A stretch of 64,000 nucleotides of DNA from an uncultured Methanosarcinaceae archaeon (GCA_963721455.1 CAVRJG010000053.1:160001-224000), one strand, 5' to 3'; positions 10,916-21,817 are shown, numbered from the stretch's first letter. Program-made: numbers and translations. The notes: generated by a model from the sequence alone, not told the origin.

Positions 10916-12425
10916 CCAGCTCCAGCCCCCTCAGGAAAGTCCCTGCAGTTAACGTGTCCCCGAGCCCGACCGTGGTTAAAGGAGATCTGGAAAGCAGTGT
11001 AGGAATCATGCAGATAACATATCCTCCCCTAAAAGCATAAGCGCCCTGCCCGAAAGTTTCCCCATGAAATGTTTTAAGGAAAAGCTGAAGCTGCTCTCTT
11101 CCAAACAGGCTTTCCTGAAGCTTCGAAGCTTCCTCTTCCACAAACTCCCGCCCTTCAAGCCTGCCTGAAGCTGCATATGCTCCTGCACACCTGACTCCGA
11201 ACCCCAGGGCTTCAAGCTTTTCTCCAGCTATCTTTTGCAGGATTGAGCTTTCCATATCTTCCAAATCCCCTGAGACCCGGAGATCTATAGAGCTTTCAGA
11301 GTTCGGTTTAGAATCAGGTTTAGATTCCGGTTTAGAATCAGGTTTAGATTCCGGTTTAGATGATTAATCCGGTTTAAACACGGTCAGCGCAAATTCCCTT
11401 GTATGGATAAGGAGCTTTTTGAGCCCGTACCGCGAAGCAAGCCTGCATGCCGCGTTTCCTGCAGCTTCCGCTTCCATGCGCAGAAGGCCTTCTGCAGGAA
11501 TTCCGTGTAAATGATGAAGCATTGCGAGTTCGTCTTCGTTCATTCCCATGCTGTCGGAAATAGCTGCAAAATCCAGGAAGACCGAATTTGCAATCTCTTT
11601 GCTTGCAAAGTGCCCGAATTCCAGGTGAACCTGAAGTTTATCGTTTGCGGCTTTCCAGCGCCTGAGCTGGGAAAGGGAATTTTCAAGGACCGTTTTATAG
11701 CTGCTGCCGTCAGGATAGCTCTCAAGCAGAAGATGAAAACCCGATATGAGCACACCATCAATCTCGCAGGCATGCTGAAGGGCGTACCGCTCAAATGCAG
11801 GATTGACAAAGAGCCTGAGGTTTAAATGGTCGCAGGTTGCTATGAAGCGGTTTTCCCTGGGAACTCTGATCTCTGTCCCGTACAGGGAAAAAGTATCCCC
11901 CTCGGAAAAATCAAATACGAAATGTATAGGTTCCTGGCTGCCGGAAACGGTGCCCTTATTTTTTTCAGGTTCAGCCCCTGCATTTTCCGTTATCTGCATG
12001 GGAGCGCCTGGGAAGTAGATTGCTTTTTCTGAGAACAAAGAAAGTTGAGTTTTCGAGGGCACTGCAACATTCGGAATTACCCTGGAAGCCCCTAGCTGGG
12101 AAAGGGCATTTGCCATTATTCCGGCGTTTCCGCCCATTCTTACGAGGGATTTTTCAAAATAACGGGTTTTAAGAAATTCGAAAACGGACTGCTCAAAAAC
12201 AAGCCACTCGGCTCCGCACCCGTTTTTCATGCAATAGGCAAGTCCTGCCACAAAATCAGATTCTGAAAGTATTTTTCCGGGGGGATTTTCTATTTTTTCA
12301 AGGATTTCAGCTGTCTCGAAGGTTTCCAGCAGTTCCGAAACCTCGGCTCCGCTGACCCTGTATACAGAGTCTATGTTGACATTATATCCGCAAAGTATAT
12401 TCATCTGACCAGTTCCTGTATCCAT
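10902..12425 (-). CDS. ADP-dependent glucokinase, interrupted by in-frame TAA at 11364-11366
   Basis: GYNVNID, RMGGNAGIMAN, RENRFIATCD; C-terminal TVGLGDT lies in the same frame after the stop. Confidence 0.85.
11305..11378. repeat. 12-bp tandem repeat (GGTTTAGA-ATCA/TTCC) encoding SKPE/SKPD
   Basis: About 6 units read directly. Confidence 0.9.
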
Positions 12426-12460
12426 GGAATGAGAAGCCTCAAGATCAAATGAGAGAGAAT

Positions 12461-13937
12461 TTATTCTCCTGCCCGATTCTGCTTCATTCTCGCAAGCATG
12501 GCTGCGAAAGCTCCTGCCGAGATTGCATCCCCTATCCCGACTGTAGCTTTGGGCTTATCGACCACTTTGGAAGGAATAAGAACTGCATCATGGTCCGGCC
12601 CGTAGAGATATCCGTATTCGAACTCTTCAGGAGTACAGAGCTTTCTCCCTGTGCAGTAGAGCTGGAAGTTTTCCAGGTCTTCGAGTCCTTTACTTGAAAC
12701 AGGAACCTCCAGCCCGGCTTCTGCTTCCGCAAGGTTCTCGATTTTTCCGTTGAGGGCTTTGGCAGCGGCCAGGGTTGAAGAAAATAGCAGGGAGTCCCTG
12801 TGTTCCTTAAGCGTAAGAGGGTGGCCTTTTGCCAGGATACAGATGTAAAAACCAAGAGAATGCACATGGACTCTTTCAAGCGAGAGGTCCTTTAAAAGCT
12901 GGACAGCTCCCTGGTAAAGAGACATTATCCCGTTTTCTTCTTTCCTGATTACGGAATAAGAGAGCTCCTCATGTCCCAGTACATTCAGGGCATTTGCAAC
13001 CTCCACGGTATCAAGGCCCAGGGAATGGACATGTTTGGCAACAATTTCTGTCAGGATAGCCTTTCGTATAAGCCGGTTCTGGATGGATGTGAGTTCCACA
13101 TGGATGCGGAGTTCAGGATTTAAGGATTTTAGTTTCTCAATAACTTTTACGGAGTTTGCAACATGGTCATTATATGTAGATCCGTCCTCGTATTGCTCCT
13201 TTATCATCTGGTAACCTGAAAGCATTGCCCCGTCAATCGGGAGAAGCGAGTCAAGTTGTTCGTAGACTTCCCTGTCCATATCCAGACGGAGCCATTTAGG
13301 GCGGGAGGAAATTATCAGGCGGTTATCTCTCGGCACCTTGAATTTGTTTCCATTGCAGGTTACTTCCAGGTCTTTGGAATACTCAAGGATCCAGTTGACT
13401 TTTGACTCGATTCCGGGTTTGAAGGCTCTCCTGCGGGCGCTTCAGAATGACCTTTCCGGCTTCCACCTTCGGGTGCAGAAGATTGTCAGAAGCTACAAAA
13501 TACTCTGCCTGTTCTTCAGAAAGCCAGGGAATATATGCCACTACCTTTTTAAGTCCCAGGCGGGCAAGAAGGTTAGAAATGATCCCTGCCTGGCCGCCCA
13601 TATGCGCATAGTCGAAACCCAGGTTCTCTTTTAGCCATTCATGGGTATCTGAGGTATGGGTAGGGATTTCGGCAGCTTTTCCCTCTCGCATTGAAATAAG
13701 CAGGCGAGCCATGAAATCCAGAGGGTCCTTTATTTCCCTCGGATATGTTTCAATCCTCCCTTGAATTTCAGCCTCGTTAAAAAGTCCTATAAGCCTGGAC
13801 AGGTCTTTGTCTGTAAGGTGCTTGATAGCATCGATATTGCTGTTATAAGCTACAAACATACCTTCCAGATAGGGGAGGGCTTCTTTTACATTGTAAAAAG
13901 CATCGGTGTGGCGCTGTTCCCATTCTTGTATATCCAC
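12461..13937 (-). CDS. pfkC: ADP-dependent phosphofructokinase, frameshift at ~13427
   Basis: AYNSNID, GGQAGIISN, RDNRLIISSRP, TVGIGDAIS; deleting one base joins QE|AFKPGIESKVNW. Confidence 0.88.
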
Positions 13938-14158
13938 TTAATAAACCCCCTGGAAATATATATCTGAATCAAAAAATAATTATCAGAAATTAGGGGAAAA
14001 TCCGGGTTTTGATTTTCCCGGAGTTATCTTGCTTATGTTCCCTCTATTTTCTTTTAAGTTCATTTTATTTAGCTTTGTTCAAATGCAGCCTGAAGTGAAG
14101 CTAGCCTGTATCTGATATCAAGGTGTGCGAATCCTGAATTAAGAGATATAAGCCCGCA

Positions 14159-15346
14159 TTAAGTCGTATACTCGGCATTGATCCTGACGTAGTCATAAGT
14201 CAGGTCGCAACCCCACGCAGTTGCCTTTTCCTCCCCCATGTCAAGGTCAAGGGTAATGACGATTTCCTCATTTGCCATGATCTTTTTCAGAAGCGCAAGG
14301 TCAGAAGAACCGGAAATCTCGCCGGATTTTACAAGTTTGACCTCTTCTCCTCCTCCTGAAAAAGAAAGAGAAAGCCTTTCCTGCTCAAGTTCTGCACCTG
14401 AGTAACCTGCAGCAGCTACGACCCTGCCCCAGTTGGGGTCCTTTCCGAAGATTGCGGACTTGACCAGAGGAGAACGCACAATAGCTTTTGCAGCAAGCCT
14501 TGCATCCCCATATGTTTTTGCGCCCACTACCCTTGCTTCGATAAGTTTTGTAGCCCCTTCTCCATCTTTCGCCATTTTCTTTGCAAGGTCCGTAAGTACG
14601 TAAATCAGCCCTTCCTCAAAATCATCCAGGCAATCCATGCAGGGCTTGACTCCTGACTTGCAGGTGGAGGTGAGAAGTACCATGTCGTTCGTGCTTGTGT
14701 CCCCGTCCACCACAACCATATTGAAAGTTTTATCCACTGCTATTCTGAGAGCCGCATCCAGGACATCTGCAGGCACTTTTGCGTCGGTATATGCAAAACA
14801 CAGCATAGTTCCCATATTTGGCTCGATCATCCCTGAACCTTTAGCAATTGCACCTATCCTGATCCCGCAGTCCATCTCAATAGCTACTTCTTTTACGGCC
14901 TTATCAGTGGTCATGATCGCCTTTGCAGCTTCGTGGCTGCACTCAGGGGAACTGCCCAGCCCTTCAAGGACTTCAGGAAGGTGTTCCCTGATCCAGGAGA
15001 CATCAAGCCTTCTGCCAATTACTCCTGTTGAGGCAACAGCAACAGTATCAGCATCAAGGTCAAGCTTTTCGGCAAGCATTGATGCCATCTCCATAGCATC
15101 AAGAAAACCGTCATCCCCTGTAAAGGCATTGGCATTGCCACTGTTTGCGATTACAGCCGAAAGATGGTGCTGGGTTTCGATCACTTCTTTGCTCAGGGTA
15201 ATCGGGGCTGCAGTCACCTTGTTCTTCGTAAAGACGCCTGCCGCAGGACCTTTCGCAAGAATGACCGTGATTCCCATTTTTCCAGCCTTAATCCCGTTTG
15301 CGGATACACCCCTTACCGCACAGATTCCACCTTCAATTTGCTTCAT
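14159..15346 (-). CDS. argJ: Ornithine acetyltransferase / N-acetylglutamate synthase
   Basis: NSGNANAFTG, KGSGMIEPNMGTML, DGEGATK, DPNWGR, C-terminal INAEYTT. Confidence 0.96.
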   Translation of the reverse strand: MKQIEGGICAVRGVSANGIKAGKMGITVILAKGPAAGVFTKNKVTAAPITLSKEVIETQHHLSAVIANSGNANAFTGDDGFLDAMEMASMLAEKLDLDADTVAVASTGVIGRRLDVSWIREHLPEVLEGLGSSPECSHEAAKAIMTTDKAVKEVAIEMDCGIRIGAIAKGSGMIEPNMGTMLCFAYTDAKVPADVLDAALRIAVDKTFNMVVVDGDTSTNDMVLLTSTCKSGVKPCMDCLDDFEEGLIYVLTDLAKKMAKDGEGATKLIEARVVGAKTYGDARLAAKAIVRSPLVKSAIFGKDPNWGRVVAAAGYSGAELEQERLSLSFSGGGEEVKLVKSGEISGSSDLALLKKIMANEEIVITLDLDMGEEKATAWGCDLTYDYVRINAEYTT

Positions 15347-15364
15347 GAAAACTCTCCTTTTCCT

Positions 15365-15829
15365 TCAGAGCTTTGCAAGACCCTCAATAATATCGCCGCG
15401 AGTAACAATTCCTACAACGTGGTTGTTTTCAGTTACAGGAAGCCTGTTAATCCTGTGCCTGATCATATGCTCGGAGGCTTCTTCTACGGATGCTTCGGAA
15501 GGGATCGTGTGCACATCCTCTGTCATGATCTCTTTTATCCTTGTAGAACCCACATCAGAAAGCATCTTCTTTGTATCCTCCCAGCCAAGGAGTTCCCTGA
15601 TAGGAACTTCTATAACCTCAAAGGGGCTTGGAAGCCAGAGTTCCCCTTTTTCGGGGAGTATCAGCAGTTTCAGCAGATCCGCTTCACTTATTATTCCCAC
15701 AAGCTCTTCGCCTTCAAGAACAGGAGCACCACTGATACTGTTTTCCTTTAAGATTTTTGCAGCTTCCCGGACTGTATCGTCAGGCTTGCAGAAAACAACG
15801 TTAGGGTTCATGACATCTTTTACTTTCAT
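15365..15829 (-). CDS. CBS-pair domain protein
   Basis: VKDVMN...ISGAPV...GIISEAD and INRLPV...GIVTRGD. Confidence 0.9.
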   Translation of the reverse strand: MKVKDVMNPNVVFCKPDDTVREAAKILKENSISGAPVLEGEELVGIISEADLLKLLILPEKGELWLPSPFEVIEVPIRELLGWEDTKKMLSDVGSTRIKEIMTEDVHTIPSEASVEEASEHMIRHRINRLPVTENNHVVGIVTRGDIIEGLAKL

Positions 15830-15903
15830 CTGACTACCCCTTGAGATAAATTTTATTCTTTACTTTAATCCGTCACCAGTTATATGTTCTCGCCTATCCA
15901 GGT

Positions 15904-16920
15904 TTAAGGAGCTGCCGCAGGCAGCCAGAGCCCAAGTGTTTCATCCAGCCCGAACATGAGGTTCATATTCTGGATAGCCTGTCCTGATGCACCTTTTACC
16001 AGGTTATCGATTGCCGAGAGCACTACAACCCTGTTATTTTCTTTATCCGCTTCAAAGCTTATGTCGCAGAAGTTAGAGCCCCTGACTGCGGTAAGGGAAG
16101 GAACTCCTGAAGAAGGAAACCTGATAAACGGCCTGTCCCTGTAAAAGTCTTCATAAATAGTCTTTAAGTCGTCTGTGGAAAGAGGCTCCTTTGTAAAGAG
16201 GTGAGCCGTTGTAAAGATGCCCCTGATAGAAGGGATCACGTGAGGAGTAAAATTGATGTTTCGAAGCTTTCCGTCCAGCCTCGTCAGCTCCTGGATGATT
16301 TCAGCCCTGTGCCTGTGGGATGTGAGCTTGTACGGGAGGATATTTTCCGCAAGGTTCGGGTAATGGGAACTCTCAGTAGGTGAGATGCCAGCCCCTGAAA
16401 TCCCGGTTTTGGAGTCAAAAATCGCAATGTCGATAATCCCTGCTGCTGCAAGGGGAGCTGCTGCAAGGATTGCACCGGTAGGAAAGCATCCGGGGTTTGC
16501 TACAAGGTCCTCTTCTGCAGCTTCCGGGTGAAGCTCTACAAGCCCGTAAGCTGCATCCCTTGGATCGCTGTGTTTCATCCCATAAATTTTTTCAAACTCT
16601 GACGTTTCAAGCCTGTAGTCCGCGCTAAGATCGATGACCTTCGTGCTGCCGTCAAGCAGTTCAGGGACATAATTCATGGCAGATCCGTGCGGCACTGCTA
16701 GAAAAACCACGTCACAGCGCTCCCTGATATCTTCAACATCAGGATTCCCATATTTGAGGTCCAGAAAACCTTCAAGATGCCTGTGAGTGCTTGTTACGGG
16801 CTTCCCTGCAAGATTTCGGGAGGTTGCCAGCTCCAGCTTAACATTTGGGTGGTTCACGAGCAAGCGCAGGAGTTCTCCTCCTGTGTATCCTGAAGCTCCT
16901 ATTATTCCAGCCTTGATCAT
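15904..16920 (-). CDS. argC: N-acetyl-gamma-glutamyl-phosphate reductase
   Basis: GASGYTGGEL, ANPGCFPT, DNLVKGASGQAIQNMN. Confidence 0.96.
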   Translation of the reverse strand: MIKAGIIGASGYTGGELLRLLVNHPNVKLELATSRNLAGKPVTSTHRHLEGFLDLKYGNPDVEDIRERCDVVFLAVPHGSAMNYVPELLDGSTKVIDLSADYRLETSEFEKIYGMKHSDPRDAAYGLVELHPEAAEEDLVANPGCFPTGAILAAAPLAAAGIIDIAIFDSKTGISGAGISPTESSHYPNLAENILPYKLTSHRHRAEIIQELTRLDGKLRNINFTPHVIPSIRGIFTTAHLFTKEPLSTDDLKTIYEDFYRDRPFIRFPSSGVPSLTAVRGSNFCDISFEADKENNRVVVLSAIDNLVKGASGQAIQNMNLMFGLDETLGLWLPAAAP

Positions 16921-17669
16921 AAATATTCACTGCCTGTGTAATATCAATACAAGATAATTAAATTTGTTATAGGAAAATTAAATGAAAATTTATCCAGTCT
17001 CTGATCCATAGCTATGAAATATTCCCGGAAAAATGATTCAGTCAATATAACCATTCATCCTTTATCCTCCAATCTGTTTTTGCAATTACAGCTTCGGACG
17101 TAAATATTTACATTTAATTCACTCAAGATTCTATAACCACAGTCAGCAGAGATGACCTGTGCCCTTATATCCTTTATTCTGTATCTTCCGTTTTATTGCA
17201 ATTCATCTTTTTGTTTGAGATTGACGAAGGAAATCAGGTAATTACCGGAGAAAGCGATTTTCATAACCAGTAAATTCTACGGGAATCTCATGTCAGGAAA
17301 CAGGTCAATGCAGGTAGCCCGCTTTAATTGGGAAGCGGAAATTTGCTTTTCAGGCTTCAATAAACACGCTGAGAAGTCACTGAACACCTGGAGTATCTCA
17401 TTAACCGGAACCCGACCTTTTCATCCGGGAATTCCAGTATGGGAAAATTCTGTCTGTTACCTTACTCCCCAGGTTAAAGATCACATTTTTAATATTTAGA
17501 CAGTAGAAATTAAATTTTTAGATATATAAGTATATCCACACCGGCTTTACTCAGGCGCAGAGTGCTGGAAAAAGTTGCTGTTTACAGGTAAACTATTTCA
17601 CCTTTAGAACAGCTTTTACTGTAAGAAAATTTTATTAGGTATAACCTCTGAAGTGACAGGAAGAAAAAC

Positions 17670-18092
17670 ATGAACAAAAAAAAGATAATTTACCTTGCAG
17701 GCCCCCTTTTCACCCATGCGGAACTCGAATACAACCGTAAACTGAAGGATATGCTTCTCAAGAAAGGTTTTTCAGTCTTTTTGCCCCAGGAAGACGCAGA
17801 AGATGCCGCAGATGAGCGCGAAAAACAAAATCAGGAGTGCATTTTCAGGAAATGCGTTGAAGGTGTGGACAATTCGGATATTGTAGTTGCGGTTCTTGAC
17901 GGTGTGGATGTGGACTCAGGGACTGCCTGGGAGATCGGCTATGCCTACGCCAGAGGAAAACCCATCATAGGGCTTCGGACCGATTTCAGGTCCCTGTCGG
18001 ACGGGATAGTTAACCTGATGGTTGAGATGGCAATAGTCGCCCTTGCCAGAGATGAAGAAGAACTGCTCAAAATAATGGAAAAATACCGGTAA
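17670..18092 (+). CDS. Nucleoside 2-deoxyribosyltransferase family protein
   Basis: IYLAGPLF, DSGTAWEIGYAYA, NLM motifs. Confidence 0.9.
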   Translation: MNKKKIIYLAGPLFTHAELEYNRKLKDMLLKKGFSVFLPQEDAEDAADEREKQNQECIFRKCVEGVDNSDIVVAVLDGVDVDSGTAWEIGYAYARGKPIIGLRTDFRSLSDGIVNLMVEMAIVALARDEEELLKIMEKYR

Positions 18093-18191
18093 CTTTTGGT
18101 CTTTTATTCTGTTTTTCCAATCGCAGCTTACTCTTAAAGGGTAAGTTTCTAAGTTTCAAATAAAGAAAATGGAGGAAGTTGGCGCTTATAT

Positions 18192-18232
18192 CCCCTAGGC
18201 TAAATACCTAGGGGTTTTACGCTTCTTTCTAT
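18192..18232. repeat. Hairpin resembling an IS200/IS605-family end
   Basis: CCCCTAGG-CTAAATA-CCTAGGGG followed by ACGCTTCTTTCTAT; related copy at 38256. Confidence 0.6.
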
Positions 18233-18302
18233 CAAAAATCTTCCTGCCATTCACTTATACGAAAAAATGGGCTTTCGGACAATTAAAGACGTAAATTTTC
18301 AT

Positions 18303-18983
18303 TCAATCTGTAATCAATCTTTCATCCCTTACATCCGGTTCTGAACCTGAGCTAGGAGGGGTTAACCTTACAATCATCTCATTGTAGTCTTCGTCTCCTC
18401 CTTCATACCAGCCTTCTGCCATTATGAAATAGTTGGTTCCTAAGTTAGGAATATTTACTTTAGCAACTATTATATGCGGGATGTTGTCAGTGTTCAATCG
18501 CTTTTCGCTGAAATAAAGTCCTCCAATACTCCTGCTCCAGCTTACAGGCTCATTAAACGATATTCCAAAGTCGTCAGAGGTTTGAGGGTCCTGGTCTCTT
18601 GTATCAAAGGTTTTAGAAGAACCTACTTTATCGGGGCCATTAAACATCTCAAATAATGCACCACATCCATTTGGATGATCACCGGGGTAATAAAAGCTCA
18701 TCTCACTTTTATCTAAGTTACTGCTCTCCTCCATCAATATAGTTGCAGTATATTTTCCTCCTGGTATTATTTGTACATTCGATATCTGAGATGCACTTAA
18801 TTTGTATTCAGGAATGAAGTTACTTATCATCTGAACTTCATAATCAGAAACATCTGGTGTGTCGTCTACTGGAGTTAAAGGTGATGTTTGTGCTACAGAT
18901 CCTGGTATCGATACTATTGCAATCATGACAACGACTAGTGCCATGGCAATTGTACCGATTTTATTTATTTGTTTAATTTTCAT
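18303..18983 (-). CDS. Hypothetical secreted protein
   Basis: Basic plus hydrophobic N-terminal signal ending ...GSVA-Q; acidic C-terminal GDEDYNEMIV. Confidence 0.7.
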   Translation of the reverse strand: MKIKQINKIGTIAMALVVVMIAIVSIPGSVAQTSPLTPVDDTPDVSDYEVQMISNFIPEYKLSASQISNVQIIPGGKYTATILMEESSNLDKSEMSFYYPGDHPNGCGALFEMFNGPDKVGSSKTFDTRDQDPQTSDDFGISFNEPVSWSRSIGGLYFSEKRLNTDNIPHIIVAKVNIPNLGTNYFIMAEGWYEGGDEDYNEMIVRLTPPSSGSEPDVRDERLITD

Positions 18984-19111
18984 ATTAGTTACCTCTGTAT
19001 CAATATATATTTTCGAGTTCATATTTACTTTTATATACTTGATTTAATTATATAGCGAATTTTTCCGAAATTCAGGTACATATGACCTTATATGCTAGTA
19101 CTATATCCCGT

Positions 19112-19221
19112 AGGACTTACCACTCTATGTATAAAATCAAGTACATTAAACATTATGGAATTATATTTTGGACATTTAACGGTTTAATGCTACCTTTTTT
19201 CAGTTCATAAACGTAAGTCCT
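19112..19221. mobile_element. Degenerate MITE-like element (AGGACTTAC...GTAAGTCCT ends)
   Basis: Short terminal inverted repeats shared with the element at 53877-53985. Confidence 0.5.
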
Positions 19222-19512
19222 GCATAAGTCCCAATACTGACTTTTTACTATTATTCGGGGGATTTTGGATTCCAATCGCTTACTTCACATCCGATTGAAT
19301 TCCAAACATTACAACTTATTAACATACATATAATTTGTATGACCAAAGTATCTAACAATTAACACTTTAATCAACTTTATAAAAATGATGGCAGTGTACC
19401 GAAAGTCCTATAAAATAACAATTATCAAGAAGTTATTGTATAGAAAATTCAAAGGAGTGATAAAGTAATAGCAATCGATGAGAATAAATTTGCTCAGTTA
19501 ATCTATGACACA

Positions 19513-19854
19513 ATGGTGCAGGCATTTACAGCAAGCCCCTCAGGACTACTATCATGCAAGCCAGCCGTGGACCCAGAAGGATTTGTCCTCCTGATGTGGC
19601 CAGTTGAGCCTGTTGATGTAAGCCTTTTTGCAAACCCCTGGAATCCAAACAATCCCGAAGGGTCCAGGCCAAGCGTCGAAAACTTTGCTGACCTTGTGAA
19701 TACAGTTCCCAAAATGGGAGCCGTCTATGCAGACAGTACCCGGAATATGTATAATCTCTATGAACGCCTCTTAAAGGAAGAAGCAGTTGCTGTTGGCATT
19801 ACATTTTTTCTCCATATATTGTTTAAGATAATTTATATTTTATATAATTTTTAA
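19513..19854 (+). pseudogene. Probable truncated gene remnant
   Basis: Coding-like first ~95 codons running into AT-rich noise; RBS-like GGAGTGA upstream with no intact start codon. Confidence 0.35.
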
Positions 19855-19884
19855 AGTTGTCTTTGACTCTAATTATTAAAGACC

Positions 19885-20373
19885 TTGGTCAGAAGACTTA
19901 TATGTGGTCTGTCCTCATCTTTTTTGGGTGATATTATAACAACCGGGAATTCAGTAAACTCAGATAAAGAAGTTAATTCGACTTCCACCAAAAAAGAATA
20001 TATTGTTGAACCTTGGACAGATAATCCTCTTAGCACTTGTGTAAATAATTTAATACCTGCAAAGTCAATCAATTCCATCAAAAAAGGGCAGACCATAATT
20101 CATAGTGTGAACGTAGGTTCTGGGGCAAAATCTCTTGAAGTGGATTTGAACTGGGGAGATAAAAATGATGCGCTGAAACTTAGTAGCTATACCCCTTCAG
20201 CAAGCAATCTTGGAACCTACCGTGATAATTCTGACGGAAGTGTAAATGGTAGGATACACATTAGTATATCTCCATCTAATGGATATATGCAACAGGGAAC
20301 CTGGAAGTTCAAGGTATACGGAGAAAAGGTCAGCGGAGGAGAGGATTACACGTTTAATGTATATCAGCATTAA
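19885..20373 (+). CDS. PPC (pre-peptidase C-terminal)-like domain protein
   Basis: SLEVDLNWGD...DNSDGSVNGRI...GTWKFKVYG; N-terminus may be degraded. Confidence 0.7.
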   Translation: MVRRLICGLSSSFLGDIITTGNSVNSDKEVNSTSTKKEYIVEPWTDNPLSTCVNNLIPAKSINSIKKGQTIIHSVNVGSGAKSLEVDLNWGDKNDALKLSSYTPSASNLGTYRDNSDGSVNGRIHISISPSNGYMQQGTWKFKVYGEKVSGGEDYTFNVYQH

Positions 20374-21133
20374 ACTTCGAAAAAAGCTTATCCTCTGTTT
20401 ATTATTTTTTCTGTTAACAACAACAGCCGTGGCTACAGAATATACTGTAAAGTCATTTCCAAGTGATCAAGCCGGAGCCTCAATTAACGGAGAAAAGGTG
20501 ATAAAGCTAGAAGACACCGTTATACCCTATTGGCAGTTTCTGTTATGGCTGGCCACAGTGTATGTCTCAACGGCAGTTGACTTACTTTACCCTAAAAAGC
20601 TAGTTTTAACAATAGCCGGATATCGGATTGTAAACCCTGGAAATGTACTTGACAACCCCAGCCGTTTTAGAGTATATGCCTATATCAAAACCAAACCTGG
20701 AGCATATATTAGTGAGATTGTAGAAAAAATAGGCTTAGACAGGGAAACAGTAAAATATCACGTAAAAACCCTTGAAGCTCAGAACAAAATCGAAGTCTAT
20801 AAAAAAGGTGGGAAGACAAGATTCTTCGAAAATAATTTTACTTATAGTCAAGAAGAAATGAAAGTTATTTCTGCTCTTCAAAACGTAACGAATCAAAGAA
20901 TAATTTCAGAAATACTTGCTGGTAAGTGTAATACAAATATAGCTCTTGCACGTGAACTTGGAGTTTCCAGGGCTACAGTCAGCTGGTATATGAAAAATCT
21001 CAGAGAAGTTGACCTTATAATGGAAACAAAAGAAGGAAGACAAACAATTTACAGAATAAATCATGTATATAAACTCCTTGTTGAAAAGTATATTCAGTAT
21101 TTACAGGATTCTTACAATAACAAGTGTATGTAA
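20357..21133 (+). CDS. Membrane-anchored winged-HTH transcriptional regulator
   Basis: Signal/TM segments followed by two wHTH motifs (YIKTKPG...VKYHVKTL; LARELGVSRATVSWY). Confidence 0.82.
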   Translation: MYISIKLRKKLILCLLFFLLTTTAVATEYTVKSFPSDQAGASINGEKVIKLEDTVIPYWQFLLWLATVYVSTAVDLLYPKKLVLTIAGYRIVNPGNVLDNPSRFRVYAYIKTKPGAYISEIVEKIGLDRETVKYHVKTLEAQNKIEVYKKGGKTRFFENNFTYSQEEMKVISALQNVTNQRIISEILAGKCNTNIALARELGVSRATVSWYMKNLREVDLIMETKEGRQTIYRINHVYKLLVEKYIQYLQDSYNNKCM

Positions 21134-21320
21134 AGTTATGCTTGTGCATACATCTTGGCAGTTGGCGGATTTTTCTGCAAAATCATAAATATCAATAAGT
21201 TCTCAGGTAGAAAATTTAAGTAAAAATCTCATCTTTTTATAATAATTTGAGAACTAAATACAAAACTTCTATTATACGAAAGTACAGTTTCTAAAAAATC
21301 TGCGTTCTGCTCAAGTGCAT

Positions 21321-21583
21321 TTGCGGTCCTTGACGGCGTGGACGTAGACTCGGGGAACTGCCTGGGAGATCGGCTATGCCTACGCAAAAGGAAAACCTGT
21401 CATAGGGCTTCGGACCGATTTCAGGTCCCTGTCGGACGGGATAGTTAACCTGATGATTGAGATGGCTATAGTCGCCCTTGCCAGAGATGAAGAAGAACTG
21501 CTCAAAATAAGGGAAAAAATATCGGTAACTTCTTGTCGGTTCTGGACCGTGTTTATCCACACGCAACTTATTCTTTGAGGTAA
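21321..21583 (+). pseudogene. Diverged duplicate of the 3' half and downstream DNA of the nucleoside deoxyribosyltransferase gene
   Basis: Aligns by eye to 17888-18145 with many third-position changes and two 1-bp insertions. Confidence 0.9.
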
Positions 21584-21817
21584 TTTAATTTCTTTACGGA
21601 TATGCTTATAATTTAATTTTAAGTGATATAGCCTGTTAACTGGGTTATAAAAATAGCATTTATGTTTGTAAAGTTTTTAAAACTTCTTTTTTTAATTGAA
21701 TGTATAATTATATCTCAATAGAGATAAGTCTGAGAACATATTCAATTACAGAAGCCATAATATGTAATGATTATTAAGTAAAAAAATATTGATATGGAAT
21801 GCCAGACATAATAACTA

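Noticed and set aside
11364-11366. Pyrrolysine read-through in ADP-glucokinase
   Set aside because: The stop is TAA, not TAG
14637-15833. 398-aa plus-strand ORF
   Set aside because: Antisense shadow of argJ and the CBS gene; Ser/Ile-rich with no motifs
17888-21583. Diversity-generating retroelement TR/VR pair
   Set aside because: Mismatches are not adenine-specific and there is no reverse transcriptase in the window; the same applies to the vhxC duplicate
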